Assembly: GCA_036172245.1 (NCBI GenBank)
Contig: JAYWIR010000009.1
Span: forward strand, 4,340,001 to 4,404,000
DNA length: 64,000 nucleotides
Direction of reading: 5' to 3'
From: Raillietiella orientalis
Taxonomy: Eukaryota
Shown here: one piece after another, positions 52,788 through 64,000 of the stretch
How the letters are laid out: every line of letters begins with the position of its first letter
Position numbering within the stretch: the stretch's first letter is position 1
Program-made: the position numbers and the translations under genes
Notes under the pieces: generated by a model
Seen by the model: only the letters and a program-made list of their open reading frames with translations
The model's database searches: none
What the model was told of the DNA's origin: nothing

Positions 52788-55700
52788 ATACGCAGTCTGT
52801 GATAAATTCTTGTATATAACTGGTACATTGGCATTGCCGTAACCCCTGGTACTCAAAAGATTGGTTTGTATTCTTTGCAGATAAACATCACTTTATTAGC
52901 GATAGATCCTCAAAATTCAGTAAGCTGCTCGCAATCTTTTCAATTTTATTCTAAATTACCAAGAAATTCGGGTTGGATATGCACCAGTCATATTCAGTAC
53001 ACATCTCCGAGCCAATTCCTCATACAACTACGAATTAACAGGCCGTAATCATTTCTGTGCCTCGTAACAACATAAACGTAATATTACAAAATTGGTCTCT
53101 ACTAGATGGATTAATTCGTAATGAATCTGACGAATATCAGGAAATGAAATTTCCGGCAAACTTCACATTCACCGATTCCCACAGCAAACTGCCGATTGCT
53201 AAATGGCATTCAGTAAACGAATCCACATTCAAATGGAAGTAAGGGCGATGTATTGAACACTCCCCTATACACTAATTTTCTGCTGTAAAATTCCTCCGGT
53301 AAACACAATCATCCGCGACATCCGTCGCGGAAAGGAGCTTAGGCCGCCGCCAACCTACTTCCATAATAATAATTCTATGTAACGAGTAACTGTGTAACTC
53401 ACATGTCGTGAGTTGTCGAAGGAGCTCCACGCGCGTACCTGCGCTACCTTTTCTGTACATTCTCATAATTTGTATATCCTCCCGCAAACAATATGAAACC
53501 CATTCTCAACCGTCCAACCCACAAGATAGCGATCGCACTCTCACGGCTGCCAGTAGCATTCCAGCACCTATTCGTTCACAAAAACAAATAGTATGCCAAC
53601 GACTGAAGGTTTGCGACAAGCCGAATCAGCTTATCAGAACACAATTTCAAGAATTTACACTCTAGTAACGTAAGGAAGTTCGCCAACAACACTGCAAATA
53701 CTGCACTATCATCATCACACTTCGTAAGCTTCCCTTTTGGGGAACTCTCACAAAGAAGACTCCGTGATGCATAAGGAAAGAAACAAATGCCTTGCATCAC
53801 ACATCTTATATCTAATCAAGCTCGAATCATGCAGGATTATGAGATCAAAAAAAGCATCATTTCGTCCAAAAAGCCAACTTCATAGAGGAAACAAACTGGG
53901 TGAATAATAAAGTTATAGATGGTTTGGGTTTGTATCCCTACAAACAAAATTTGAAATACTTTAAATGGTAGCTGAGCTCTTATGGGCTTTTGGCCATGTC
54001 CAATGCTAACAAATCTGGCATAAGATCAACAGTCCAAATTACTGAATCTTGGAGTCTTAATGCATATTCACTCAACTGACGTGACACATTATCTGTTTAT
54101 CGGAATGCGATCCAGATTGGTTGATTCATCATATGTGAGAAGCTTCTGCCCAAGAAATGGAAATTGCAAATTATTTGAACAGTGCTAATACCACATTAAT
54201 TTCCCGTGGTGCATACTTTAAAGATTGAAGGTTTAGAAATTTATCATTAGCAGCATGAAGGACCTAATTTCTGTTGTCAATGTTGGATGCTCTGAAACAT
54301 GATCTGAGTGGTAGACCATCTGATCGCAGCATTCAATTTACAGAGTTGAAAAGGAATGTAAAGTGAGCTAGAGATTCAGCTGCTTTTCTCAGCCCATTGT
54401 GCGGCTACAGACACCAATTGTTGTTTACTGGATCTGCAACAGAAGTGTACTCCCAAGACTTGCAGTAAACTGAGCTGAATTGGATCCATGGGAGACTGCT
54501 CATTCTGAACATCACGTCACATTGCAGTAGATGATTAGACATACACCACTCATAAGAAACTCAGGGCTGAAATGCTTTCAATTACCTATTTCGCGAAAAA
54601 AAAAGCATTTCCAGCATCAGGGGAGATCAGATAGTGAATCATTTCAGCTACCATTAAGTTGCAGTGTTGTCTTGCAAGTAGACTATTGCTAAAAGTCTTG
54701 ATCCTCTCTTGGCGATTTCCTATTTCTCCCTATCGATGTGCAATCCAACCGAACTGTCAGGTTTCCTTTTAAGCCTCAATTGCCGTTCTGCAGCTCCCAA
54801 GTAAAGGAATAATCCCTCACTTTAGAATGTTTTAGCACATACCAAACGAATGTCTATTACGTTTGAATTTCGCAACTCTGCATTAGCGAGCACTCGAGAA
54901 ACCGAAGATACGGGTTCCTGCTCCAAAAAAGTTTGCCAAGGCGTGCTCTCATGACTTCGAAGATACTGATAAGTATGAGGCAGTTATGTGGCTCACATCG
55001 TGCAACACCGACGAGGCGTCAGGCGCTGGAAGGGTTGGATTTTCGAGAGCTACCACAACAAGCATAGGAGTTACAGGACGATGAACAAGAGCAGCTTGTT
55101 AAAGGGGAAGGAGAAGAAGGTGAGAGATCAGATGCAATGCACTGGAAAGAAACCAGTACGCGAACCAATGGTAAACAGCTCTCGGTGACCTTGCTTAATA
55201 TTTAGAGAGAGCAGATCGAATTCATCTTAAGAAAAACAGCTTAAGAAAGATTAAAGAATGGATATGAAGAGCTGAAAAAAAATTCTATCAAGGGATCAAT
55301 AACGCAAGGAGGAAGGGTGAAGGACTGAATCCTATTCAGTTTATCAACTCTGGTCTCTATAATAATCATAATGCGCAGTTTATTAAAACAGAGATCAGCT
55401 CAGCAACTACTTATCCCAGGTTTCCCTTCAGTTGTCCCCCAGGTGAGGTGATAGCAATCTCCTAATAGCTTACCATCCCGTTTGGAACGAACTCCTCTCC
55501 ATTTGACAATTGCTTGCTTACTGAGCTTGTACTTGTTTGTTTCCTTGTCCCAATCTTTCCTCCTCTGCAGTCGCGTGTGGCTGGTGATGATCCCAAATCC
55601 AACTCTGCGTGTCAGCCAGTGATGCATTTTCTTTCACTGCGATCTGCCTGAACATTTACGTGCACACTTATGTGCTTTGAAGAAGTGCTGTCTGTTGCAT

Positions 55701-57004
55701 TTCATCTTCAAGTCTCGCTCTTAGATTGATCATTTGAGTGTCATCATCTGAATGTCAGTAAAGAGTGATTTGTCGTGCTATTTGCGGTATTGGAAAAGGT
55801 GGAGCAAATCTCAGAAGAAATGGGGCTTCATGAGTGAAAACCCAGGTGTTGTGGTTTTCGTCTGTACATGATTATTCGATTACTCATTTTAAAAACAGAT
55901 ATGGATTGAAAGACTGGAAATCGTTATTTCATTATTGTTTTCCAGTATTCATAACAAATGACATTACTATTGTTGTTCTGATGGAAATTTAATCTGATAT
56001 TCACAGTAATAAGTACCACATGAATCCATTACTGAGTTATATATGTTAGTGGATTTTAATCCAAAGTTTATGTGGGACCCCTGACATTAATGCAATAGCA
56101 ATTGTGGCTGGAACGTAGCAAGAATAATTCCTTTTAAAAATACATATTGTATACTCTAATGGAGTAGTTATCTCGAAAATTTGCTTCATAAAGCGTATCT
56201 TAATTAAGCGAATTCGGATGAAATAAGTAACAAGATTATTTGGATCGTCTGCTGAAGGGAGAAAAAAAAAAATTGTGTAAGGATAGAAAATTCACATCAC
56301 CTGCACGAAAGACTGTCTGGACCGGCAAGTGTCCGATGCAGAGCATGCAAAGAAGATTATTTTATAAGATTTATTCGTTATGCATGGAATACTGTACGTG
56401 ATTGCATTCTTCCACGAGTACGAGCAGAATGCATGCTGGCAGCAGAAAGACTTTTCGAGTGCACTCTTCTGATTCACTCTGCCCACGGGAGTTCTGCAAT
56501 GGTGATTGATCTGATTCTGATCTCATGTCTCTTGAGGATGGACCTGAGGGCATCCGAAAGCGCACGGTATTGGCACTTTAAAGTTCAGTGTCCCTAAGGT
56601 AATGAATAGCGTAGGTCACATAGAACAAGCGTCGATCCGAAGAGGGTTTGCTAAAGAATCTGCCGACGTCTCGCTCGGGACAACCCGATCGAGAGTGACG
56701 CCAAAAGGCAAAACGCAGCAGGGAGTCGACGTTCAACAGGAGCATCGGTGAATTTTCTTTTCTGTGACATCCGGGAAGCGAAGCCTCCCGTCGAGCGCGG
56801 CTCCCAAACTTCACCCTCCAGCATTCTGAAGAGAGCACACACACAGCACCGCCGCCAGACGAGGCAAAGGTTCCAATGCAGTAGACGGGGAGTCACGGAA
56901 CAACGAAGGGACACCCACGAGATCCCCAAAAGTTCACGCAGGCGAACACGGTCACGGCAAGAGGGGTTCGCCATCGCACCTGATCCCAAACCTTCCCTCT
57001 CCAG

Positions 57005-58500
57005 TTGTCCACCCGGATTCATTAGAAAAAGTAATAAAAATACCTTTTTGTGGTGGAACACGCAGTTCTACCACGCATATGGAAAATGCACCGATTGTCG
57101 GTACAGACCGGCGAAGAGGAAGAAGGGAGGACCGAAAACAAAAATGAGCAAACCGAAAAAGGGAGGGAAAGTTTTTTAAGGAGAAGAGGGGACACGGATC
57201 GGGGTAGGCATCACGGTTCTCTGTCAGGCGTCCACTGCATCCTATCCAGATTAGGACTCCAGGCAAGTTAGTTTGTTCCGGATGCTGCCCAAGTGGACCA
57301 TCTCGTCGCGGTCCTCAGAAGGAGTTGCTTCCAGGGAAAGACGTCCATGTTGTCCCCTTCTTGCAGAGTTCCAAGCCGCCACCATCCCGCGAAGACAGCA
57401 GAGAACTGAGAAGGACGCGGATGGCGACAGTGCGGTACGAACGAAGAGGAGTTTGAAGGAGTTCCTGGGCCGCCCACAGGGATTCCAAGAATCGTCTCGA
57501 AATGCTTTCGAAGGAATCGGAGGGCACGACAGTCTAGGGGCAGGTGAGGATGGGTCTCCCTCACCACGCCTCCACCCTCCCCAGGTCCAATGGTGTAGGT
57601 GCGCTAATCATGGGGAATCCCCCATGCAAGACCAGCAATGACAACTTTTGACACCTGAGAAGGAGGGTGCACTTGTCCTGCAACACTGGGGGTCACATGA
57701 AGGATTATCGAGGAACCTCCAGCAGTTCGCCCAAGCGGAGAAGTCCTTCGGGTGGGACACTCAGGGTCGCAGCGTCCGTCGGATGCCGTGCTCTCCCAGA
57801 AGTTTCTTTCTTCCTGCAATGCAGCAGGACACCTCCTACTATGCAGGATGGACGCTGTCCGTTGCTCCCCTTGGAAGGGCAGCGCTGGGTCAAGAAAAGG
57901 GGGGGGAGGCTAACGAAGCCCACAGACGAGCGTATCTGCCGCGCACCACACAAGAAAACTCCGCCCTCGCTGGTGCCGTGGGTCCTCCCTACGCGTCAAC
58001 TGAATTTAGAAATTCAGCTCGCGGGGATGCAGATCTATGAGTCCTCTCTTACCAAGGCAACCTGTTTGACGAAGTCGGCAGCCGCAGAAGGCCAGACTAG
58101 GTCGGTTGGCGGCAAGGACCGAAGTCTTTCTGTTGCAGACGGCTGCTCATTGGCGAGAGAGAGGTGTGCTGGCGCGCAAGGCAGCGTCCACAACTTCACC
58201 ACAAGGGCGAGACGGGTTGCCCATTCCAGGTTTGGTGACCCTCCTCGAGTTTCCATAACGTATGCAAGCGCTCCGAGACTTCCTGGCCAACGCAGCAGCC
58301 TTCACAATCGCGCATTACCTCACGCGGAGGGGCTGTGCAGCGGACGGGAAGTGCCTTCCATCCGCAACGGCTTTCAAATCAACACGGAAGGCATCCTGCA
58401 AAATCTACCCAGCGGTTTCTGAAAGCCGCCACACCCTTTGCCGCAGCACCCTCTGCCCTCAGGGCACAAGATGACAGTAGCCTACCAGCAAGGAGGAGAG
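57005..58500 (-). mobile_element. LINE (L1/Tx1-like) 3' fragment, copy A, strongly decayed
   Basis: Colinear similarity to copy B (cgtccactgcatcctatccag vs tgtcctctgcatcctttccag; acgaagagg; ccatctcgtcgcggtcctca) and a degenerate version of the same terminal motif at 57005-57024. Confidence 0.65.
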
Positions 58501-58619
58501 TTCTGTAAAATTGCAGGAGTCGATAAACTCCTCGAAGGCAGCAGACGAGTGAGTTGGTGAACGCCGCCTCCACTCGTTCCCGGAAGAAGGGACTCCTTCG
58601 GTGGAGCGACTTGCTTGGT

Positions 58620-61490
58620 TTATCACCCGGTCACGCCGGCACGTTTATTATAAAAAATAAACATACATGTGTAGGGCCATCGGCTGTACATTGTCCGAAA
58701 ATGCTCGCAACCTGCCGAGTAACCGGCACGCAAACCGGCGACGGTCGCCTCTTCTGCGGAGGGGGAGGGGACAAACAAAAAATAAGCAAAAAAAGTGTAT
58801 ACAACAATTGGGTGCAGGAGGGTGAGCGAGGGTGTCCTCTGCATCCTTTCCAGGATGCCGACAAGTTCCATCCGAGTATGCCCCAGGCGAGGCCATCTAG
58901 CCGCCGTCCTCATGAAGGGCTGGGCGAAGCAGGTGGCGTCCCGATGGCACCATCCTCCTCCCCTGGCGCAGCTCCAGGTCGCTACATTCCCGCATAAGCA
59001 GCAAAGAGCTGCTGGGGATGCGGCAGGCGGAAGGGCATCGCGCACGAAGAGGCGCTTCGTCATGTCCCTGGGATTGTCTGTCAGTGCACCAAGGGCCGTT
59101 GTGTAAGGCAAGAAAAGGGGCCATAGGGCAACACAGTCTGCTAAGAGGTGCGGGAGGGATTTCCCTTTCCCTACGCATGCAACAGTCCAGTGGGAGCGAG
59201 GGAGGTCTACAGTCCCCCGGGGCGAGTGGGAGCGGCGGAAGGTGCAAGGAACATCCCAGTGCAGCACCACTTCGGGGGGAGGACCCGCTTCAGCGCTGGA
59301 GGCCACTCGAGGCCTTCCTGTGGGATTCTCAGCGGTACACCCCAATGCAATAGTCCTTTCGGCCAAGCACTTGAGGTCGCAGAGTCCGTGAGCTCGCCCG
59401 TGTCCAGCCACCTAATTCTTTCGCCCTTTCTCCGATCTCACATCGGACCCCCCCCTTTGGTCGGATGGTTACTGCCCAGGTTCTCCCTGAGGGAGGGCAG
59501 TGCGGCGGCTAGGAAGGTTCTTTGCGTCCACGCACACGTGGTGGGCTGCAAGATGATGTCCTGCAGCGAGCAGTTGTTTCAGAAAAAGTGCAGCAGTCGC
59601 TGCCGCATCTCCGTGCTCGCTTCGTGGTTCCTGGCTCACGTGCGAACGGACACTTCCGTTCGCGGACCCGCAGAACATCCATCCGTGGCCAGCGTGGCCA
59701 CCCGCCGGAGGTGCAGCCCGCAGCTGGACACGTTGCGTCTGCTCCGCTCCGCCAGGAAAGAAGATGGTCCGGCGAAGCCGGTGGCTCGCTTGACCAGGTA
59801 TGGTGCGGACTCGCACGAGTTCGTGCTCCACATCTTCGTTGCTAGGGCAAGCGTCCTCCACTGGAGCTGCCGCTCCAGGTGTTCCAGCGTCAGAAGACCG
59901 AGGCCTCCGTAGCGACGCGGAGCGCACAAGTCCTCCAGGCCTTCCTGTGCCCCACAGGGCGATTCTGAGGAGGTCCTTCGCCCGCCTTTTGATGCTACAC
60001 GGTGGTGGGCGAACTAAAAGAAGGGGGCAGTAGAGGGGGGTCACAAACGCGTTTCACACCGCGGCTTGTTTCAGCAAGAGAAACTTTCCATTCCGGAACG
60101 GGCCGACCGCCAACTCTGCCTTCTGGAGGCAGCCAGACGAGGCCACCGTCTGAGAAAATTCCCCCAACAGTATACCAAGGTGCTTAAGGTACCGAACCGT
60201 GGGGATCTCCAAGGGAATCCAGTCCAGCTGCAGCAGGACAGCCTCGTCTGCGTAAGCAAGGCAGTCCAGTTGCCCTGCCTACGCCGAACCGACTGTTACC
60301 ATGGTCGATTTCGTCCTGATCACCTCCACTCCTGTCCTGCAGCTGCAGTTTAACAGCTGGAAGAAATCTGAGAGCAGTGACGCTGGGGTGGACATGGGGA
60401 GAAGGTGCAGAAGATCGTCCACATATGCTGACACGGCCGGTGTGCCTGGGCACGCGCGTGGCAGGCGAGCCAGAGTCTTCCTGTACTCCCTCAGCACCAA
60501 CTCGAAGTAGGTGCCGAAGAGCAAGGAGCTCAGACTGTCCCGCCCTGCCGTAACCCGCGACGCATCGGCACACCGTGCGCGTTTCGTCCACTCAAAGAAA
60601 TAGTGATCAGCGCGTCGCGCCTGCAAAGAGCGAAGAAAAACCGCCAAAGAGACCGGGAAGCCTAAGCGTTCCAGAAGCTCCAGAAGAAGTTGCTCCTGGT
60701 CGACGCAGTCGAATGCTTTCTGCAAGTCGACTGCGGCCGCAAGGGTACCTTCTCCTTCCCGCCCATCCCGCCCACCACCGGCGGACGTCCCGGAAATCGG
60801 GGTGCCAATCGTGTTCCCTCCGTTCGCTCTACTCCGCTGGAACTCCAACCATGTGTTCGAGAAGAGTAGGTGGTTGGCGTCCATGCACTCCCCGGGAACA
60901 GAGGAAGTCTGCTCCGGGCTAATGAATCTTTCCGTCACCCGCCCTCATCGCTCCGAGCAAAGTTTCGCCAGCAACTTGGCGTCCGCGCTCAACACGGTGA
61001 TCGAACGCCAGTTGCAGAGGCTCCGTTTAAGTCCCCTCCCTGAGGGTGGAGACGCATCCGTACCGATCGAAGAGAGGCGGGAACCGCCTGTCTCCCAAAT
61101 CAGCAGCGTTAAGCGCTGCCGAGAGAAGTTTGAGCTATCTTGGCTCTCAACTTGGCCGAATAGTTTCGCCTTACTACGGCGAAATCCCTGGGATCTCCGT
61201 CCTCCCAGAGAACTCGCCTACTTGGCTGCAGGAGTCCGTATTTTTGCCTGGGGTAAAATCAACGGCGCGAGCGAGGGGGCAGAGTGCATCTGCCTACGAA
61301 ACAGCAGATGCACTCGTCAGTCGTTGAGGAAGATCCTGGGTAACACCAGGAATCTGCTTTGGGCGTCGTTCATCCTCCTCGCCCCAATGCTGTCCTCCCT
61401 AAGGGGAACCTTCCGGCAAGGCGGAACATCACGAGCACTATCGAAAATAGAAGAAAACATCCGGGTGCGTGGACAACTCGGGAACTGAGA
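58620..61490 (-). mobile_element. LINE (L1/Tx1-like) 5'-truncated, frameshifted ORF2 (RT + CCHC), copy B
   Basis: NWRSITVLSADAKLLAK, ISPEQTSSVPG, AVDLQKAFDCVDQ..L...LERLGFP, DSLSSLLF, VSAYVDDL, CAPRRYGGLGL and KSLPHLLADC, then a T-rich 3'UTR with AATAAA at 58649-58644. Confidence 0.9.
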
Positions 61491-62207
61491 TGCTGCCACC
61501 CCGAGTGTCCCTCTAAAAGGACTGCTACGCTGAGGAGAGCCACTAGAAATTCCTCCGCAGAAGATACAGTGGCCTCCAGCGTGCTGGAACAGTGTAACGC
61601 TCCTGCCCCCTGAAGTGGCAGGAGTCGGCGATCCTTCTGGCAATGGGGTCTCCCGTGCAACGCCCGCCGGCATCACTGTACCCTGGGGAGGAAGTGAGCC
61701 CGAACTGCAGAAGGTGCTGCGAAAGAGAGTCCCTTCCGCACCTGCTCGTGGATTGCGTTGCCTTCCGCCCCGTGGGAACGCTTTGCTGCGTCCCTGTGGA
61801 TCCCCAAGGACAACCTCACAGAGTTCTGAAGCGCCTCTTCCTGCGTGACGCCATCACGCCGACCGCATCCCCAGTGGCACTTTGCTGCCTACGCGGTGGG
61901 ATCGTGACTGCATGAAGCAATGCCAGAGAAGGTCGGGACGACAGGGACTCCATCTCTTGTGCCTATCTCCTATTCGTGAGGATAGCGTCAAGATGGCCCC
62001 ATCTGAGGGTCGTAAAACGGGAACTTGCCGGCATCCTGCATAGGATGCAGAGGACGCCCTCCAGCACCTGGTGATCCCTTCCTGAACCTCCCCATTTTGT
62101 TTCGTGTATATTTTTTTTGTTGTTGTTTCATTTTTCTTTTCGTTCTGCCACTGACCTGTATGTTTATTTTTTATATAAGTGAACGCCCCGGCTCAACCCG
62201 GTGTCAA
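61490..62207 (+). mobile_element. LINE (L1/Tx1-like) 3' fragment, copy C, inverted relative to B
   Basis: NCRRCCERESLPHLLVDC...LKRLFLRDAITPTASPVALCCL...ELAGILHRMQRTPS is homologous to the copy B C-terminus. It shares TGTATGTTTATTTTTTATA and the terminal motif with B. Confidence 0.85.
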
Positions 62208-63252
62208 CCCAGTGACCAGAGCGGTGGCTGCAGAAGTGGGAATCAAGGCGGGAGACACCGAGGTCCGCGGCCGACAACCCAGGACGCTCTCCCGCTTCGG
62301 GGTCGCGAGGCGGCTGCGATGCCAGAAGGAAAAGCGGCGTATCAGGCGACAGCAGCATCCACCCGGTTGATGAGTGGGTGAGGGGGGAGCAGCGAAATTT
62401 TCTGGCGAAAAGAATGAACGGAACGGCGGGAACGTGCTAGGGGCAGGCGGACGGGAGCGCGGGGCTTTCCTGCACGGCGGCAGGAGGGGGAAGTTTTCTA
62501 ATTGGGGTTTGCTCAAACGGTAGCGTTTCTTCCTCCGGATCCACAGAGAACAGAGACTTTTCCGCTTTCCACGAGTCCGTCTGGCTAGAAAGGAGAGGGG
62601 GTCTTGGAGATCGGGAAGAAACAGTGGTCAAAGCAAAAGGAGGAGGGGTGCTTTTTAGACTCCATTGGATCCCCTCCCCATCCGGAGCACAGAGGCCCGC
62701 GAACAGAACCTCCGTAGCGGAGCGCTGCCGTTTCCAGAACGCTAAGTGTTGAGCTGGGCGTGGGTTCCGGAGGAAGAGGCCGCGCAGCTTCCGTGGAACC
62801 GGTGAGCGCGCGCCGGCCGGGAAAGGGAGAGGGATCGAAAAAGGGGGAGGAAAGCGTCCCGGGACGCGGACCGCGGGAGGTGCGGGGAAGGATCGAGCAG
62901 CGAGCGGGACTTCTCCCCTGCCAGGGAATTTCGCGATCCCCCCCAGCTCGACAGACCGAGCGCGCGGATGGGTGGGGGATCCCAGGGAGGCGACGAAAGC
63001 CCCGCGAAGGAAACTTGGACTCTCGACCGCTGATTCCTAGCTGGCGTTCCCGGAGAGAATTCGGGACTTCAGGATCGAATGACAACTCCTGGGAATACAA
63101 AAATGCATCTATTCTTATTCTTATTATTCTTATTGTTATGTTGGGGAGTAATAAATACAACATGACTAGAAAGTTTGCGGATGTGGAAGTGTTCTAAATA
63201 AATGCCATAAATAAATGCCCCGGCATACCCGGTTGTTAAGCCGGAGGTGTTC

Positions 63253-63488
63253 TCACAGCTGCATCAGCACGAGCAGCATGGCTGCCAAGTTTACGCTGCA
63301 CGGAGCCTTGAACGGCGCCGAGTTGCCACCGTGTGGATCCACCATATGTCGGGAATCAGGCGTCCAGCTGCTGCACTTCGGGAACTCGTAAGGGACTGGA
63401 GGCATCTGCTCCCTCCCTCCCACTTGAAAGATGACTGCCATCCCGATCTCCAGGTGGAAATCGATGTGGCAATGGAGCAGCCAGAAGC
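63253..63488 (-). CDS. Last coding exon of a laccase / multicopper oxidase; upstream exons lie beyond the window
   Basis: After a CTGAC branch-like site and a CCAG acceptor: (G)[41 protein letters not shown]...[12 protein letters not shown]. HCHxxxHxxxGM is the L4 copper-binding signature. The hydrophobic tail resembles a GPI/membrane anchor signal. Confidence 0.92.
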
Positions 63489-64000
63489 CTGGAATTTCCG
63501 ACCGTCAGTTGACGCGCGCGCGATCCGCGACGCGCAGCCTGCGCGAAGCAGCAGCGTCTCCGCTGGCTCTTCTTCTTCCCTGCATCCCCGGGCTGGAGGA
63601 AGGGAGGGAACCGAAACGGGAGCTGGAGTCCCACGGACGAAGCGGCGCCGCGTTCACGAACCCAGGAAGCGCCCCGGGTCGAAAGACCGGATCTCCCGCG
63701 TCTTCCTCGGACGAGCGGGGCGTGGTTCCCACATGGGCTGGGTTGGGCTTTCAGCGAACCCCCCTCCAGCTCCACCTTCTCCTGCACCCTTTCCACGGTC
63801 CGCATGCGGTGTCGTGGTCGTCTTCGTTCGTTCTTCCCCCACGCGGACGAATGGTTTCCCCGGTTCACGTTGGGCTTCAGATGACGCGCTTGGGCCCACT
63901 GACGTTCCTTTAAAAATCATTCGGGATTCTTCCCGCAACACGGGGGGGGGGAGGGGAGGAACAAAAAGGCAACCCGATCTTGCAGCCGATTCCGCAAGGA

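Noticed and set aside
52866..56300. Scattered ORFs after POLD3; MPDLLALDMAKSP near 54.0 kb loosely recalls a viral nucleoprotein motif
   Set aside because: Similarity too short and interrupted by stops to support an endogenous virus call.
61480..61500. B/C junction as a twin-priming 5' inversion of one LINE
   Set aside because: C duplicates the 3' end already present in B and is clearly diverged from it, so they are independent insertions.
57273..63941. Dozens of overlapping Arg/Gly/Pro-rich ORFs in the ORF track
   Set aside because: Shadow frames of GC-rich LINE relics and the laccase intron.

Overview
Eukaryotic, probably arthropod, genomic DNA. The arthropod call rests on arthropod-like protein sequences, a TATCGATA DRE element and a laccase exon. 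The window is AT-rich and gene-dense, with many very short (32-50 nt) GT-AG introns. Genes reconstructed by hand from splice signals and protein motifs: TAF6(-), WDR44(-), SREK1/SRSF11-like(+), NDUFA7(-), an overlapping four-ORF unit CMC4 / 111-aa membrane ORF / NDUFAF8 / PIG-M (+), TCTP(-), NUFIP1(+), NAA60(-), POLD3(+), and the last exon of a laccase/multicopper oxidase(-). Decayed mobile DNA: a hAT Buster/Charlie transposon (12.1-14.2 kb), BEL/Pao-like and RLE non-LTR fragments (30.7-32.3 kb), and a GC-rich cluster of L1/Tx1-like LINE pieces (57-63.2 kb) that share a 3'-terminal stem-loop motif. The most striking signal is the apparently tetracistronic locus at 33670-35612, where every ORF overlaps the next (8 nt, 23 nt, and a TAATG stop/start). 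Next is a U12-type intron with AT-AA ends in NAA60. All identifications come from recognising motifs by eye; no database searches were run.
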